A stretch of DNA of 64,000 nucleotides from Octopus sinensis (lineage: Eukaryota), in the NCBI RefSeq assembly GCF_006345805.1, contig NW_021832435.1, forward strand, positions 1 to 64,000, written 5' to 3'. The notes below the pieces were generated by a model. That model was not told the origin of the DNA and did no database searches. It worked only from the letters and a program-made list of their open reading frames with translations. Shown one piece after another: positions 11,685 to 21,977 of this stretch (the stretch's first letter is position 1; the number at the start of each line of letters is the position of its first letter). The translations under genes were made by a program, and so were the position numbers.

Positions 11685-12022
11685 TTTCCCAATTTATATT
11701 CATGTTTTTTATAATAATTACCGGTATCCTTATATATTACTATATTTTATATCTTATATCTTATATGTAAAGAATAATATGTTATATGTATGTATATTAT
11801 TGAAATCATCAGTTTAGTAAATAAATAAATAAGTTAACATAATAATTTTTGTATTTTTTTTCATAAACTACGGGATGACTATTGATATTAAGCTTTAGGA
11901 TTATATAATGTACAAATATAAAGAAAGAATTAAAGAAAAAAGGACTCATTATATTGAATGTTATCTATAATATCGAGGGGAAATATGGGGTGCGGCAGTT
12001 CCGCAGCGCCTATATATACGAA

Positions 12023-12210
12023 CCGCCACTAGTCCAAACCTTACTCTCTGTGACATTTGATTGTTTCCCAGCCTGAAGAATATGAAGTGAGCTCTAACAA
12101 GGGTCCTGGACACTTTCAGTTTGGAGGACTTCCATGCGGTCTTCACGAGGTGTCTGGAGCGCTACAATAAAGGCATTGAATTCAGAGCATCCTACTTTGA
12201 AGGAGATTAG
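12023..12210 (+). pseudogene. mariner transposase C-terminal relic
   Basis: PP(fs)SPNLTLCDI*LFPSLK...LDTFSLEDFHAVFTRCLERYNKGIEFRASYFEGD* matches the mariner PPYSPDLAPCDFxLFPxLK and terminal YFEGD motifs; internal deletion and stops. Confidence 0.8.
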
Positions 12211-12269
12211 AGTTTTGTACCTCTTTGAAATCGATAAATGTCCCTTTAAAAAAAACAAAAAGCTTAAAG

Positions 12270-12635
12270 CATCCGGAATGCGTCTTGTGCATATACACGC
12301 AAGCTTCTTAAGAAGAGATGTGATGTCATACTTGAACTTGGTCTGCGTTTCCAGATCATAAAGATTCTCCTCCGTTTCCTCCCGTCATCATAAAAGAATC
12401 ATACCTTTATTTGCTTCAAACGCTTCCAGCAGATCGGAGCAGACTTCCATCCGTCTCTCCTACGAAATTAGATGTCAACTGCCGAGTTTATCCACATTAC
12501 AAGCACTTTCCGATGCTGGAAGTCTTCCACCGTCTTCCGTAATGCATTCTGACCACAGCCCAATTGTGCAGCAAGCTCATGGAATGTGTTTCATCTGGCC
12601 ACGTGAATCAATTCGTCCAATCGATGATGATTCAT
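12270..12635 (-). pseudogene. mariner transposase N-terminal/middle relic
   Basis: RLDELIHVAR*NTFHELAAQLGCGQNALRKTVEDFQHRKV(fs)..RQLT..(fs)ERRMEVCSDLLEAFEA ... resembles the mariner HTH region and RKVCARWVPRxLT linker. Confidence 0.65.
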
Positions 12636-12691
12636 ATTGGTGGTCACGGTCAGCGCTGGATTAACCATTAAACAAAATAAGCACGTGCTTA

Positions 12692-12830
12692 CGGCACGAG
12701 ACCGATAGAATAAGTACTGGGCTTACAAAGAATATGTCCTGGTGTCGATTTGCTCGACTAAAAGGCGGTGCTCCAACATGGCCACAGCCAATTGACTGAA
12801 ACAAGTAAAAGAGTAAAGAGTAAAGAGTAT
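12692..12830 (+). mobile_element. SINE-A 3' tail fragment
   Basis: gagaccgatagaataagtactggg ... gactgaaacaagtaaaagagtaaagagtaaagag. Confidence 0.85.
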
Positions 12831-13025
12831 TCTTTTCCATCTTGTTGTTTGTTTTGTTTCATTTTGAAAACTGAAAATTCATTTTATACTTTATCGTTGT
12901 TTATAGTTTGAATTACTTATATATGGGGGCACCAAAATCATTTAATTGCTTAGAGGCTCTATTAGTCTTAATCTGGTCTTGGCCTCACGGTGTGATTTGT
13001 CTTCAATGCTGTTATCTTTATTTTA

Positions 13026-13453
13026 GGATCTTTTCGGTTTGACCGGCAGTTTTTTAAAATAATTTCCACGTAACTAAACACTTTTAAACTTCGTATACTG
13101 GTAGAATGTGTTTATAAAACATCTTTTTTTCTTGGCTTTATTCAGAAAATTCTATAGTTTGTAAGATATTTGTTGTTTTTTTTCTTCAATTTCTGCAATT
13201 CCAACCAATCACTGACGTCTATTGAGGTAAAAAAAAAACATTCTGTGCCGTATGAATATGTCCCTCGTTTAAGAAACAGATTGGGTTTATTTACATTTCT
13301 GAAGAAAAAAAGATACCCTTCCTCCCACCACTAACCCTAACCCTAACCCTAAAACAGATTGAAATGTAATAGATCGATACTAGGGTCATAATTATGGGTA
13401 ACAATTTCATATGACACCGCTAGAAAAAACTGCAGTTCAAACCGAAAAGATTC
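13026..13453. mobile_element. MITE with ~30-bp TIRs and internal (CTAACC)n
   Basis: ggatcttttcggtttgaccggcagtttttt ... aaaaaactgcagttcaaaccgaaaagattc; second copy at 21381-21810. Confidence 0.85.
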
Positions 13454-13989
13454 TTTATTTTTACTTCAATGTTGTTCAATGTTGTTCTTTTATTCTTACT
13501 TTTTTAACTTCTTCATCCATCTGGGTACTTTGTTCTTGTCAGTAGCCATCTTCATAAACAACCTGTAGCTTCCTGTGGGTGTCAGATAACCTGCGCCCCT
13601 CTTTCGCCAAAAAACTAAATGATGATACATTACTTGTGCTTCGAACCCGATTGTTACCCGCAACGAAGAAACGGAAGAATCACAATAGAGGAAGGAAAAC
13701 TCTGCAAATGTCTTCAATTAGAATAATCTAAAGTCAGTAAAAAAAAAAAAGTTATGCCAATTTTAGCATTATTTTTGGGACAACCCAAGTGTATGTACAC
13801 ACACAAGCACACACACATATACACACACACACGCACACACACACGCGCGCACACACGCACACACACACATGCATGCACACACATTATTTCGTAGTTTATA
13901 GCGAGAATTCTTCGTGCAAAGTGATTTAGTGAGAGAGACCAACGGAAAAGTAGAAATTAATATATATGCATATATACATACACATATAT

Positions 13990-14003
13990 GTTATATATAT
14001 ATA

Positions 14004-14064
<61 letters not shown>

Positions 14065-14113
14065 TATATATGCATGCATACATATATGCATATATACATA
14101 CATGTATATGTAT

Positions 14114-14151
<38 letters not shown>

Positions 14152-14374
14152 ATTAAGTATGTAGAAAATACAACATGGACAAGAACGTATAACTCTTTGA
14201 CGATACAATAAACATGGACAGGACATTCGAACCCCAGTCTTCAGTCAAACCGTCATCGTATGAATGCATTTCTCTGATATCTGTGTGTATATATGCTTGC
14301 ATATGTATCTACATGTATCTGTGTCTCTCTCTATCTTTCTCCCTCTTTGTATGTCTCTCCCTCTCTCTTTCCTC

Positions 14375-14447
<73 letters not shown>

Positions 14448-14460
14448 TATAGATGTACAT
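13990..14460. repeat. (TA)n/(CT)n microsatellite block enclosing a short interspersed repeat (14155-14255)
   Basis: The insert ggacaggacattcgaaccccagtcttcagtcaa is related to 19312-19420 and 42100-42230. Confidence 0.7.
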
Positions 14461-14881
14461 GCATATATATATGTATGTATGTATGTCTATATGTGTGTGT
14501 ATATAGATTTTAAAACACGTATACAAAGGAGAGAGGGGGGAAAGGGGGAATATGAGAGAAAAACGCAAAGAATGAAGGAATAAATAATTTTATAATATAG
14601 ACATAAATATTTATTAAAACTACAAAGTCTTACAGTAGCACGCAGTCTCACACACACGTACATATATATATATATAGAGAGAGAGAGACACACACACCAC
14701 ACATACACATATATGCACACACGCATACACAGACATTGAAGAGATTAGGAAATGAGTGTTGGAATCTTGAAAAAAAAACAACAACAATATTAACAACAAC
14801 AGCAATAACAAAACAGGAAGAGAAAGAAATGATAGAATTTTATTTAATAAAAAAAACAAAAACTAAATAATTGAATAATTA

Positions 14882-14912
<31 letters not shown>

Positions 14913-15099
14913 AAATCTGTGTAGAAGAAATATAAAAATAAATGATAAAAAATATAAAAACGTAGTTCGACCTTGGTAGGTTTCTATTAGCTTCAATCTG
15001 TCTGCATCCATATCTTGCTCTGTATTCTTATCTCCCCTTCTCTCTAGCTCTCCTGTCTGACTACCTTTGTCCAGACAACCACCATATTGGGTCCTCCTA

Positions 15100-15190
15100 A
15101 AGTCTTTCTTTATTCTCTTTCTGTTTATTTCATCGTGTTCCTTTCTGTTGAAGAGCGTAGGCTCGAAACGTAAACGACTTTCTCACCTGT
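15100..15190 (+). mobile_element. TA-associated hammerhead-like mini-element (CTGTTGA core at 15145-15151)
   Basis: ctttctgttgaagagcgtaggctcgaaacgtaaacgactttc, shared with 8205 and 28997. Confidence 0.6.
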
Positions 15191-15550
15191 AAATTCAACT
15201 ACATTTGTATATATGTATATATATAATATATATATATATAATATATATATATATATATGTGTGTGTTGTGGTGTGTGTGTGTGTGTGTGTGTGTTCGACG
15301 TCCTTTTGGTGTCCTGTACTCATATATGCGTGTATATGTACATGTAGAGGTAGGTACGTACATATATGTTTATATATATGCATATGTTTTATATTTATTT
15401 ATTAATATATTATTATATTATATATATAACTTGTGTTAACTTATCCTGTTTTCCATTTTCTCTCTCGTTGTTTACGTATTTCATGTTATTTGCACAACTC
15501 TTGCTTCTAGCAATAGCTGATGCTGGTCAGTACCCTTCTTCACTGTTGTA

Positions 15551-15600
<50 letters not shown>

Positions 15601-15607
15601 CTATCTA

Positions 15608-15644
<37 letters not shown>

Positions 15645-15651
<7 letters not shown>

Positions 15652-15791
15652 TAATCCAAACAAGAAGCACAAAAAACACAACAACGCGAGGACGTGGAAC
15701 AAATATAGTATTATTGGACGCCCAGGAAAGAAGGAAAGAAGGAGGGTTTAACGTTTCGAGCGGAGCTCTTCGTCGGAAACATAGGAGAAGG

Positions 15792-15792
<1 letters not shown>
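15645..15792 (-). mobile_element. TA-flanked mini-element with hammerhead-like core (CCGACGA-a-gagc-tcc-gctc-GAAAC-GTT)
   Basis: Minus strand gtttCCGACGAagagctccgctcGAAACGTTaaac; embedded between two (TA)n runs; its 3' part recurs at 18965-19052 (+). Confidence 0.65.
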
Positions 15793-15854
<62 letters not shown>

Positions 15855-16251
15855 ATATTATATATTATATATATTATATTATATTATATTATATATATAT
15901 ATTTGCCAACTAAATGTAGCGGTCTCACATTTAGTTGCCACATTTAAGTGGCAAATATACTTCACGATCTCATGCAGCCACTGTTTATACCTCGCTCAGA
16001 GATTTATTACACAACGTAACAATTTTCACATTAAAAAAAATTGTTTATTGTATTTTTTTTATTGTTTATTAATGCATTTATTTCTGCTGATTCCAAAAAT
16101 GAAATTATTTTTTGTGTATCATCAACAGTTAAAAAAAATATGTCGACTTTCAATGTTATGATATATATTCGGTATTGTTATAATGTTCCGCTACTAAATG
16201 TATGTCTAATTATCTCTTTCAGACCAATTACTAAGTTCTGCTACTTTCAGG

Positions 16252-18042
16252 ATGGCTACTAGAGTATGTAAAAATTCTCCAGATACATTTTGCTATGTAT
16301 GTGGTTATTATATTGGAAAAAAGCAGGTATTACATAAGATCGTGAAAGGTGCCAAATTGTGGATAGCGTATAGACTCTATTTCGGAATGCTCATGGGTGA
16401 CCGGGACAAACCATGGGACCCACATGTGATATGTGGAAGCTGCCAATCTACTCTAGAAGAATGGTTAAGAGGTACAGGAAGGTCAATGCTTTTTACCATT
16501 CCAAGGGTATGGAGAGAGCCAAAGAACCATCACGATGACTGTTACTTTTGTATGATCGACGTGACAAAGTACAGAAAAGTGAAAGGAAGACAAGCTCTTC
16601 AGTATCCAGACATACCACCATCTAGAGCACCTGTCCCACATGATGACAGTTTACGAGTACCACTATCACCAGAAAATATTTCATCTGAAGAGTCAACAAG
16701 TAGCAGCAGCCAAGAAATGGAGGAAGCTTTCGTACCAAGAACGACTTTGGAGCCTCGCTTTCCAAATCAGAGTGAGCTAGATGATTTAATCAGGGATCTG
16801 GGTCTTGTGGAAGCACTCCGTCGGTTACGACGACGAGGGTTCCGGTTGATCCGAATCAACGGAACAGCCTGCTCGTGAAATTAACGTGTAAGTGGCTGAG
16901 CACTCCACAGACACGTGTACCCTTAACGTAGTTCTCGGGGATATTCAGCGTGACACAGAGAGTGACAAGGCCGGCCCTTTGAAATACAGGTACAACAGAA
17001 ACAGGAAGTAAGAGTGAGAGAAAGTTGTGGTAAAAGAGTACAGCAGGGATCACCACCATCCCCTGCCGGAGCCTCGTGGAACTTTTAGGTGTTTTCGCTC
17101 AATAAACACTCACAACGCCCGGTCTGGGAATCGAAACCGCGATCCTATGACCGCGAGTCCGCTGCCCAAATCACTGTGCCATTGCGCCTCCACAATCTGG
17201 GTCTTACTAAGTCAAGAGCTGAACTTCTTTCATCAACTTCTTTCATGGACTTCTCGACAAAATAAATTACGCTGAGTTCAAGTGGGGATGTTTGTGGTGA
17301 TTTCAAGATGCTTGCCTTCTTGCTTGGCTTGCAAGGGAGATACACAAAGCATTCATGTTTCCTTTGCTTATGGGACAGCAGAGCTGATGATGATCATTAC
17401 AAGAGAGTACACTGGCCCCCACGAGTGGAACTGCAGCCAGGAATGTTAAATGTTCTCAAACAGCCTCTAGTAGATTCCAACAAAATCTTATTACCCCCAC
17501 TTCATATCAAACTCGGATTGGTAAAACAGTTTGTGAAGGCCTTAGATTTTAGAGGATAAGCTTTTCAAGAAATTTATCTTATGCTTCCAAAACTATCTGA
17601 GACTAAGATCAAGGGTGACATATTTGTTGGGTCCCAACTAAATGCAATGTTAAAGTCGAAGAAACTGGAAAGAGCGATGATAAAAGTTGATGAAGAAGCT
17701 TGGTGTGCATTTCGTGATGTAGTTCGTGGATTCCTAGGAAATCACGAGGATCCTAATTACAAATAGCTGGTAGCAAATCTTATTGAAAACTTTCTGAAAT
17801 GGGTTGTCGTATGCCCTTAAAGGTTCATTTTTGCACTCTCACCTAGATTTTTCCCCGAAAACTTGGGTGATGTCAGTGAGGAGCATGGTGAAAGATTTCA
17901 TCAGGACATCTCAACTATGGAAAGAAGATACCAAGGACGATATGATACTGCTATGATGGGAGATTATATATGGTCTCTAGTCAGAAGAGATGAAGGTATA
18001 CACTCCAGAAAATCTCGATCGTCAAAGCACTTCTCATCTTAA
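16252..18042 (+). pseudogene. Chapaev3-like DDE transposase pseudogene
   Basis: N-terminal CKNSPDTFCYVCG...PHVICGSC...PRVWREPKNHHDDCYFC (Cys/His zinc-binding region); C-terminal DVCGDFKMLAFLLGLQGRYTKHSCFLCLWDSRA, PPLHIKLGLVKQFVKAL, FPENLGDVSEEHGERFHQDISTMERRYQG, ending KHFSS* at 18040-18042. Disrupted by a SINE, a deletion, stops and frameshifts. Family name assigned from remembered motifs. Confidence 0.8.
16807..17194 (-). mobile_element. SINE-C (module C1) inserted in the transposase, 11-bp TSD
   Basis: Head ggaggcgcaatggcacagtgatttgggcagcggactc...; TSD atctgggtctt at 16796-16806 and 17195-17205; near-identical to 23897-24271. Confidence 0.9.
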
Positions 18043-18964
18043 GAAAATAGTTATCAAGGCATTTACAGTGCAGAGTTTTATTGTTTCTTTTTGTTCTAAC
18101 TAATATTATCCTTCTTAAATACCTTTCAATATATGAAAAACTACTAAATGTTGTGTAATTATCCTCACAATACTAGAATAGATTGAACCAACAACGTGCT
18201 GTAGAGAAAAGTTATAAATATAACAAGCAAATATGAAATTAGGAATAAATAAATAACTATCGATGTTGAGTCAAAACGAACGTGATTTTTTAATTTAGTG
18301 GCAAAAAATGCATATATGAATATTAAAAAATACAGATAAACAAACCATGCGTTACATTGTGTTATTGCTTGTTTACACTTTTTCGACATCAGTGACTTTT
18401 CGTCACTGGAAAAAGGATATATATTTGCAAAGGGGACCCACTTTTCATGGGCAATCGGTGATTGTCACATGCTGATGACGGGTCAATCCTCAGAAACCAG
18501 AGTTAGTGTGTATCACGTCAGATTGAAGCTGGGAAGGATGGCTTCCCTTTGCAAATACTGATAGGGCACAGAAAGTGTGTCAATAGCCAGCTGGAGGAGG
18601 TGACCTCCTGGGGCTACAAGCTACAGTAGCATCCACCCTTAAGGGTTAGTCACATTTAAGTGGCAAATATATTTCACGATGTCGTACAGCTACTGTTTAT
18701 ACCTCGCTCAGAGATTTATTATTGCTTATATATATATATATATATATATATATAGCCTGTTTACGTCTGTAATAGATTTGTGACTTTTCAGTGGTACAGA
18801 AGTATTTTTTGACTTCTATAATTAGCGATATAGGTACTCATGTAGTACCTTTCTGTATATATGTACATATCAAATATTGTATGTAAATATTTTATTAATT
18901 TGCCTGTACGGCTAATAATTCGCTTACCACTTGTGATGGTATTTTAATAATACCATCCCTATAT

Positions 18965-19047
18965 TTATATATTTCCTTCTTTCCTGAGCGTCCAATAATG
19001 CTATACTTGTTCCACGTCCTCGCGTTGTTGTGTTTTCATGTTTGGAT

Positions 19048-19052
<5 letters not shown>
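18965..19052 (+). mobile_element. 3' part of the mini-element seen at 15645-15792
   Basis: ttccttctttcctgagcgtccaataatgctatacttgttccacgtcctcgcgttgttgtg...tttggattaact followed by (TA)n. Confidence 0.75.
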
Positions 19053-19079
<27 letters not shown>

Positions 19080-19080
19080 A

Positions 19081-19170
19081 GCATCTGATGAGTACTCAGA
19101 ATTTTAAAACTGTTGTAATACTTACAACGTTTAATAAAATGATGTAGTACGAAACGATCGTACCAAATTA
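19081..19170 (+). ncRNA. Hammerhead ribozyme core with extended stem II; stem I not evident
   Basis: CTGATGA 19085-91; stem II gtact/agtac; GAAAC 19151-55; palindromic stem III acgatcgt; GUA (cut after 19162); inner hairpin gttgtaa-tac-ttacaac. Confidence 0.55.
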
Positions 19171-19311
19171 CCGGAGTCATTCCTGCTGCTTATTTTGATT
19201 ATAATCACCTCAAGGATTTTTATGGATAACACCATACAGAATTCTGGTGCATCTAAATTAAGTACCATATTCATTTGAATCTAAATTTTTGCTGAACTTA
19301 TATATATATAT

Positions 19312-19420
19312 ATTAATCAGCCGAAATTGCGAAGATGATCCGGTTCTTGACTGAAGATTGAAGGCTTCGAATGTCCCGTCCGTGTTTTTTGTGTCGTCTT
19401 AAATGCTTCACGTTTGTATT
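19312..19420 (+). mobile_element. Short microsatellite-associated interspersed repeat
   Basis: attaatcagccgaaattgcgaagatgatccggttcttgactgaagattgaaggcttcgaatgtcccgtcc; homologous to both arms at 41906-42230. Confidence 0.75.
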
Positions 19421-19476
19421 TTTTACTTTTACACACACACACACACACACACCACACACACAACACATACACACAC

Positions 19477-19518
<42 letters not shown>

Positions 19519-19523
19519 ATATT

Positions 19524-19566
<43 letters not shown>

Positions 19567-19641
19567 GGGGGAGAGAGAGGGGTAGGGAGAGGGGGAAATA
19601 GACAGATAGATAGATAGATAATATTGTGTGTGGTGTGTGTG

Positions 19642-19675
<34 letters not shown>

Positions 19676-20259
19676 CATTCGTGCACGTGCATCAGCCTGT
19701 AGCTCCGTTCGTGTCTTATTTTTATGCAACCGATTCTTAACAACCAATGTTAGCTTGTTTACATCCTTGTAACTTAGCGGTTCGGCAAAGCGAGAACTAA
19801 TAACATGAGTACTAGACATTACAAAACAAAAAAATAAAAATAAAAAAAAATTTTTTTTAAATCATTAAGTACATGAGGTCGATATAAATAACTACATTCT
19901 TCCAATCTGTAATCCCAGCGTGGGCTGCCGTCCCACGACCGAACAGAAAGACCCCAAAAAAGGAAAAAAATATATATATATATATATATATAACACAATA
20001 AAAAAAAAAAAAACATGGCGGAGGAGTAAACGAGTCAAAAAAAAAAAAAAAGAGTTAAATAAATAAATAAATATATAAATAAATAAATAAATATGTGTGC
20101 ACAGATAATAAAAGACTGGGGAATTCTTTGACCCAGATTCCCAAAGAAAGCGATGTTACCCCCGTTTTTCAATGTTCGTGCGTTTCTTTTGTTGCCAGCA
20201 TCCCACCCATCCTTCTCTTATCTGCGTCTCTCACCCTAACTATTACATTTTTTAAAAAA

Positions 20260-20385
20260 AACTTCTTTCTCTTCTTTCTTCCACCACCGAGGGCACCCCC
20301 GTCCCTCCCGCCCGCCCGACCCTTCCGTCCCCCCCCGCCGGCCCGACCCGCCCTCCGTTTCTATCTCCGTCGCGCTTTATATTTT
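20260..20385. promoter_or_regulatory. GC/CpG-rich patch with several GC-box-like cccgccc motifs
   Basis: ccctcccgcccgcccgacccttccgtccccccccgccggcccgacccgccctccg within an otherwise AT-rich window; the promoter role is inferred. Confidence 0.3.
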
Positions 20386-20486
20386 CTTTCCTCATCACTT
20401 CGTCTTAAAAATATATTCGTCTGTGTGTCTGTGTGTCTCTGTGTGTATATACTCTTTTTTACTCTTAATACTCCTGTATATGTGTA

Positions 20487-20737
20487 TACTCTTTACTCTC
20501 TTTTACTTGTCTCTTTTACTTGTTTTCAGTCATTTTGACTGCGGCCATGCTGGAGCACCGTCATTTAATCGAGCAACTCGATCCCGGGACTTATTCTTTT
20601 TTGTAAGCCCAGTACTTATTCTATCGGTCTCTTTTGCCGAACCGCTAAGTGACGGGGACATAAACACACCACCATCGGTTGTCAAGCAATGCTAGGGGGA
20701 CAAACACAGACGCACAAACACACACACACACACACAC

Positions 20738-20784
<47 letters not shown>

Positions 20785-20950
20785 ATATATACGACGGGCT
20801 TCTTTCAGTTTCGTTCTACCAAATCCACTCACAAGGCTTTGGTCGGCCCGAGGCTATAGTAGAAGACACTTGCCCAAGGTGCCACACAGTGGGACTGAAC
20901 CCGGAACCATGTGGTTGGTAAGCAAGCTACTTACCACACAGCCACTCCTG
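20487..20950 (-). mobile_element. SINE-A, near full length
   Basis: Tail (ctcttttact)n to head acagccactcctg. Confidence 0.9.
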
Positions 20951-21033
20951 TATATGTGAATTACATAGATAAATGCGTATACATACACACATCCACAGGC
21001 ATACACACACAGAAAGAGAGAGTGCAGGCCAGA

Positions 21034-21064
<31 letters not shown>

Positions 21065-21380
21065 CGACAGACATTAATTGGGGGGGGGGGGGGCTTGCAT
21101 CCTTGTTACGACTCCCCTAAACACGCTAGCGAACGAACAAGAAGAAGGACAAGATCGCAGAACAATGTCGTCTCGACACAGCAATATCTGGTGCACTTCA
21201 CACTCCCATAACGGATTTAATTATACGTGTCATACTGATAACATTAACCGTACAGTCATACTCGTACACACAGGCGTGCGCGCGCGCGAACACTACATAC
21301 ATACATTCACACATACATGAAAAAATAATACAAGGAGAAAAGGAAAACTACATGTGAAAGAGGACGTCTATGAACCATTA

Positions 21381-21810
21381 GGATCTTTTCGGTTTGAACG
21401 GCAGTTTTTTTTAAATAATTTCCACGTAACTAAACACTTTTAAACTTCGTATACTGGTAGAATGTGTTTATAAAACATCTTTTTCTCTTGGCTTTATTGA
21501 GAAAATTCTACAGTTTGTAAGATATTTGTTGTTGTTTTTTTCATCAATTTCTGCAATTTCAACCAATCAATGACGTCTATTGAGGTAAAAAAAAAGCATT
21601 CTGTGCCGTATGAATATGTTCCTCGTTTAAGAAACAGATTGGTTTTATTTACATTTCTGAAGTTAAAAAAAGATACCCTTCCCCCACTCTTAACCCTAAC
21701 TAACCCTAACCCTAAAACAGATTGAAATGCAATAGATCGATACTAGGGTCATAATTATAGGTGACAATTTCATATGACACCGCTAGAAAAAACTGCCGTT
21801 CAAACCGAAA
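21381..21810. mobile_element. MITE, second copy of the 13026-13453 family
   Basis: ggatcttttcggtttgaacggcagttttt ... aaaaactgccgttcaaaccgaaa; internal ctaaccctaaccctaa. Confidence 0.85.
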
Positions 21811-21857
21811 TAAGGAGTTTGCAGGCCCAGTACCCAAGATACAGTTTCAGTTTCATA

Positions 21858-21858
21858 C

Positions 21859-21926
<68 letters not shown>

Positions 21927-21977
21927 GCTGTTGTTGTTGTTGTTGCTGTTGTTGTTGTTGTTGTTGTTGTTGCTGCT
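21858..21977. repeat. (ATT)n-(GTT)n-(GCT)n compound trinucleotide repeat
   Basis: Direct inspection. Confidence 0.9.

Larger units (their letters stand above)
16010..18361 (+). mobile_element. Chapaev3-like (CMC group) DNA transposon, internally deleted, 3-bp TTA TSD
   Basis: Termini cacaacgtaac (16010-16020) / gttacattgtg (18351-18361), 10/11 inverted match; TTA at 16007-16009 and 18362-18364; contains the transposase relic. Confidence 0.8.
15938..18727 (+). repeat. ~358-bp host repeat unit plus a ~77-bp partial second copy (direct terminal repeat), split by the Chapaev3-like element
   Basis: cacatttaagtggcaaatat...ctcgctcagagatttatta at 15938-16009 and 18651-18721; the segment at 18535-18650 is homologous to 58305-58420. 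Confidence 0.75.

Noticed and set aside
13332-13351. Telomere or chromosome-fusion relic
   Set aside because: Only about three repeats, embedded in a multi-copy MITE.
13500-13790. mariner transposase fragment ending in a TIR-like gggacaacccaa
   Set aside because: Only a weak DNLRP resemblance; not enough to support.
16252-16878. Intact host zinc-finger gene
   Set aside because: It is the N-terminus of a transposase inside TIRs/TSD; its last ~25 residues are read from an inserted SINE.
19330-19380. CTGAAGA...CGAATGTC as a hammerhead (also 14155-14255 and 41950-41990)
   Set aside because: GAAA box is GAAT, stem II barely pairs, and stems I and III cannot be formed.
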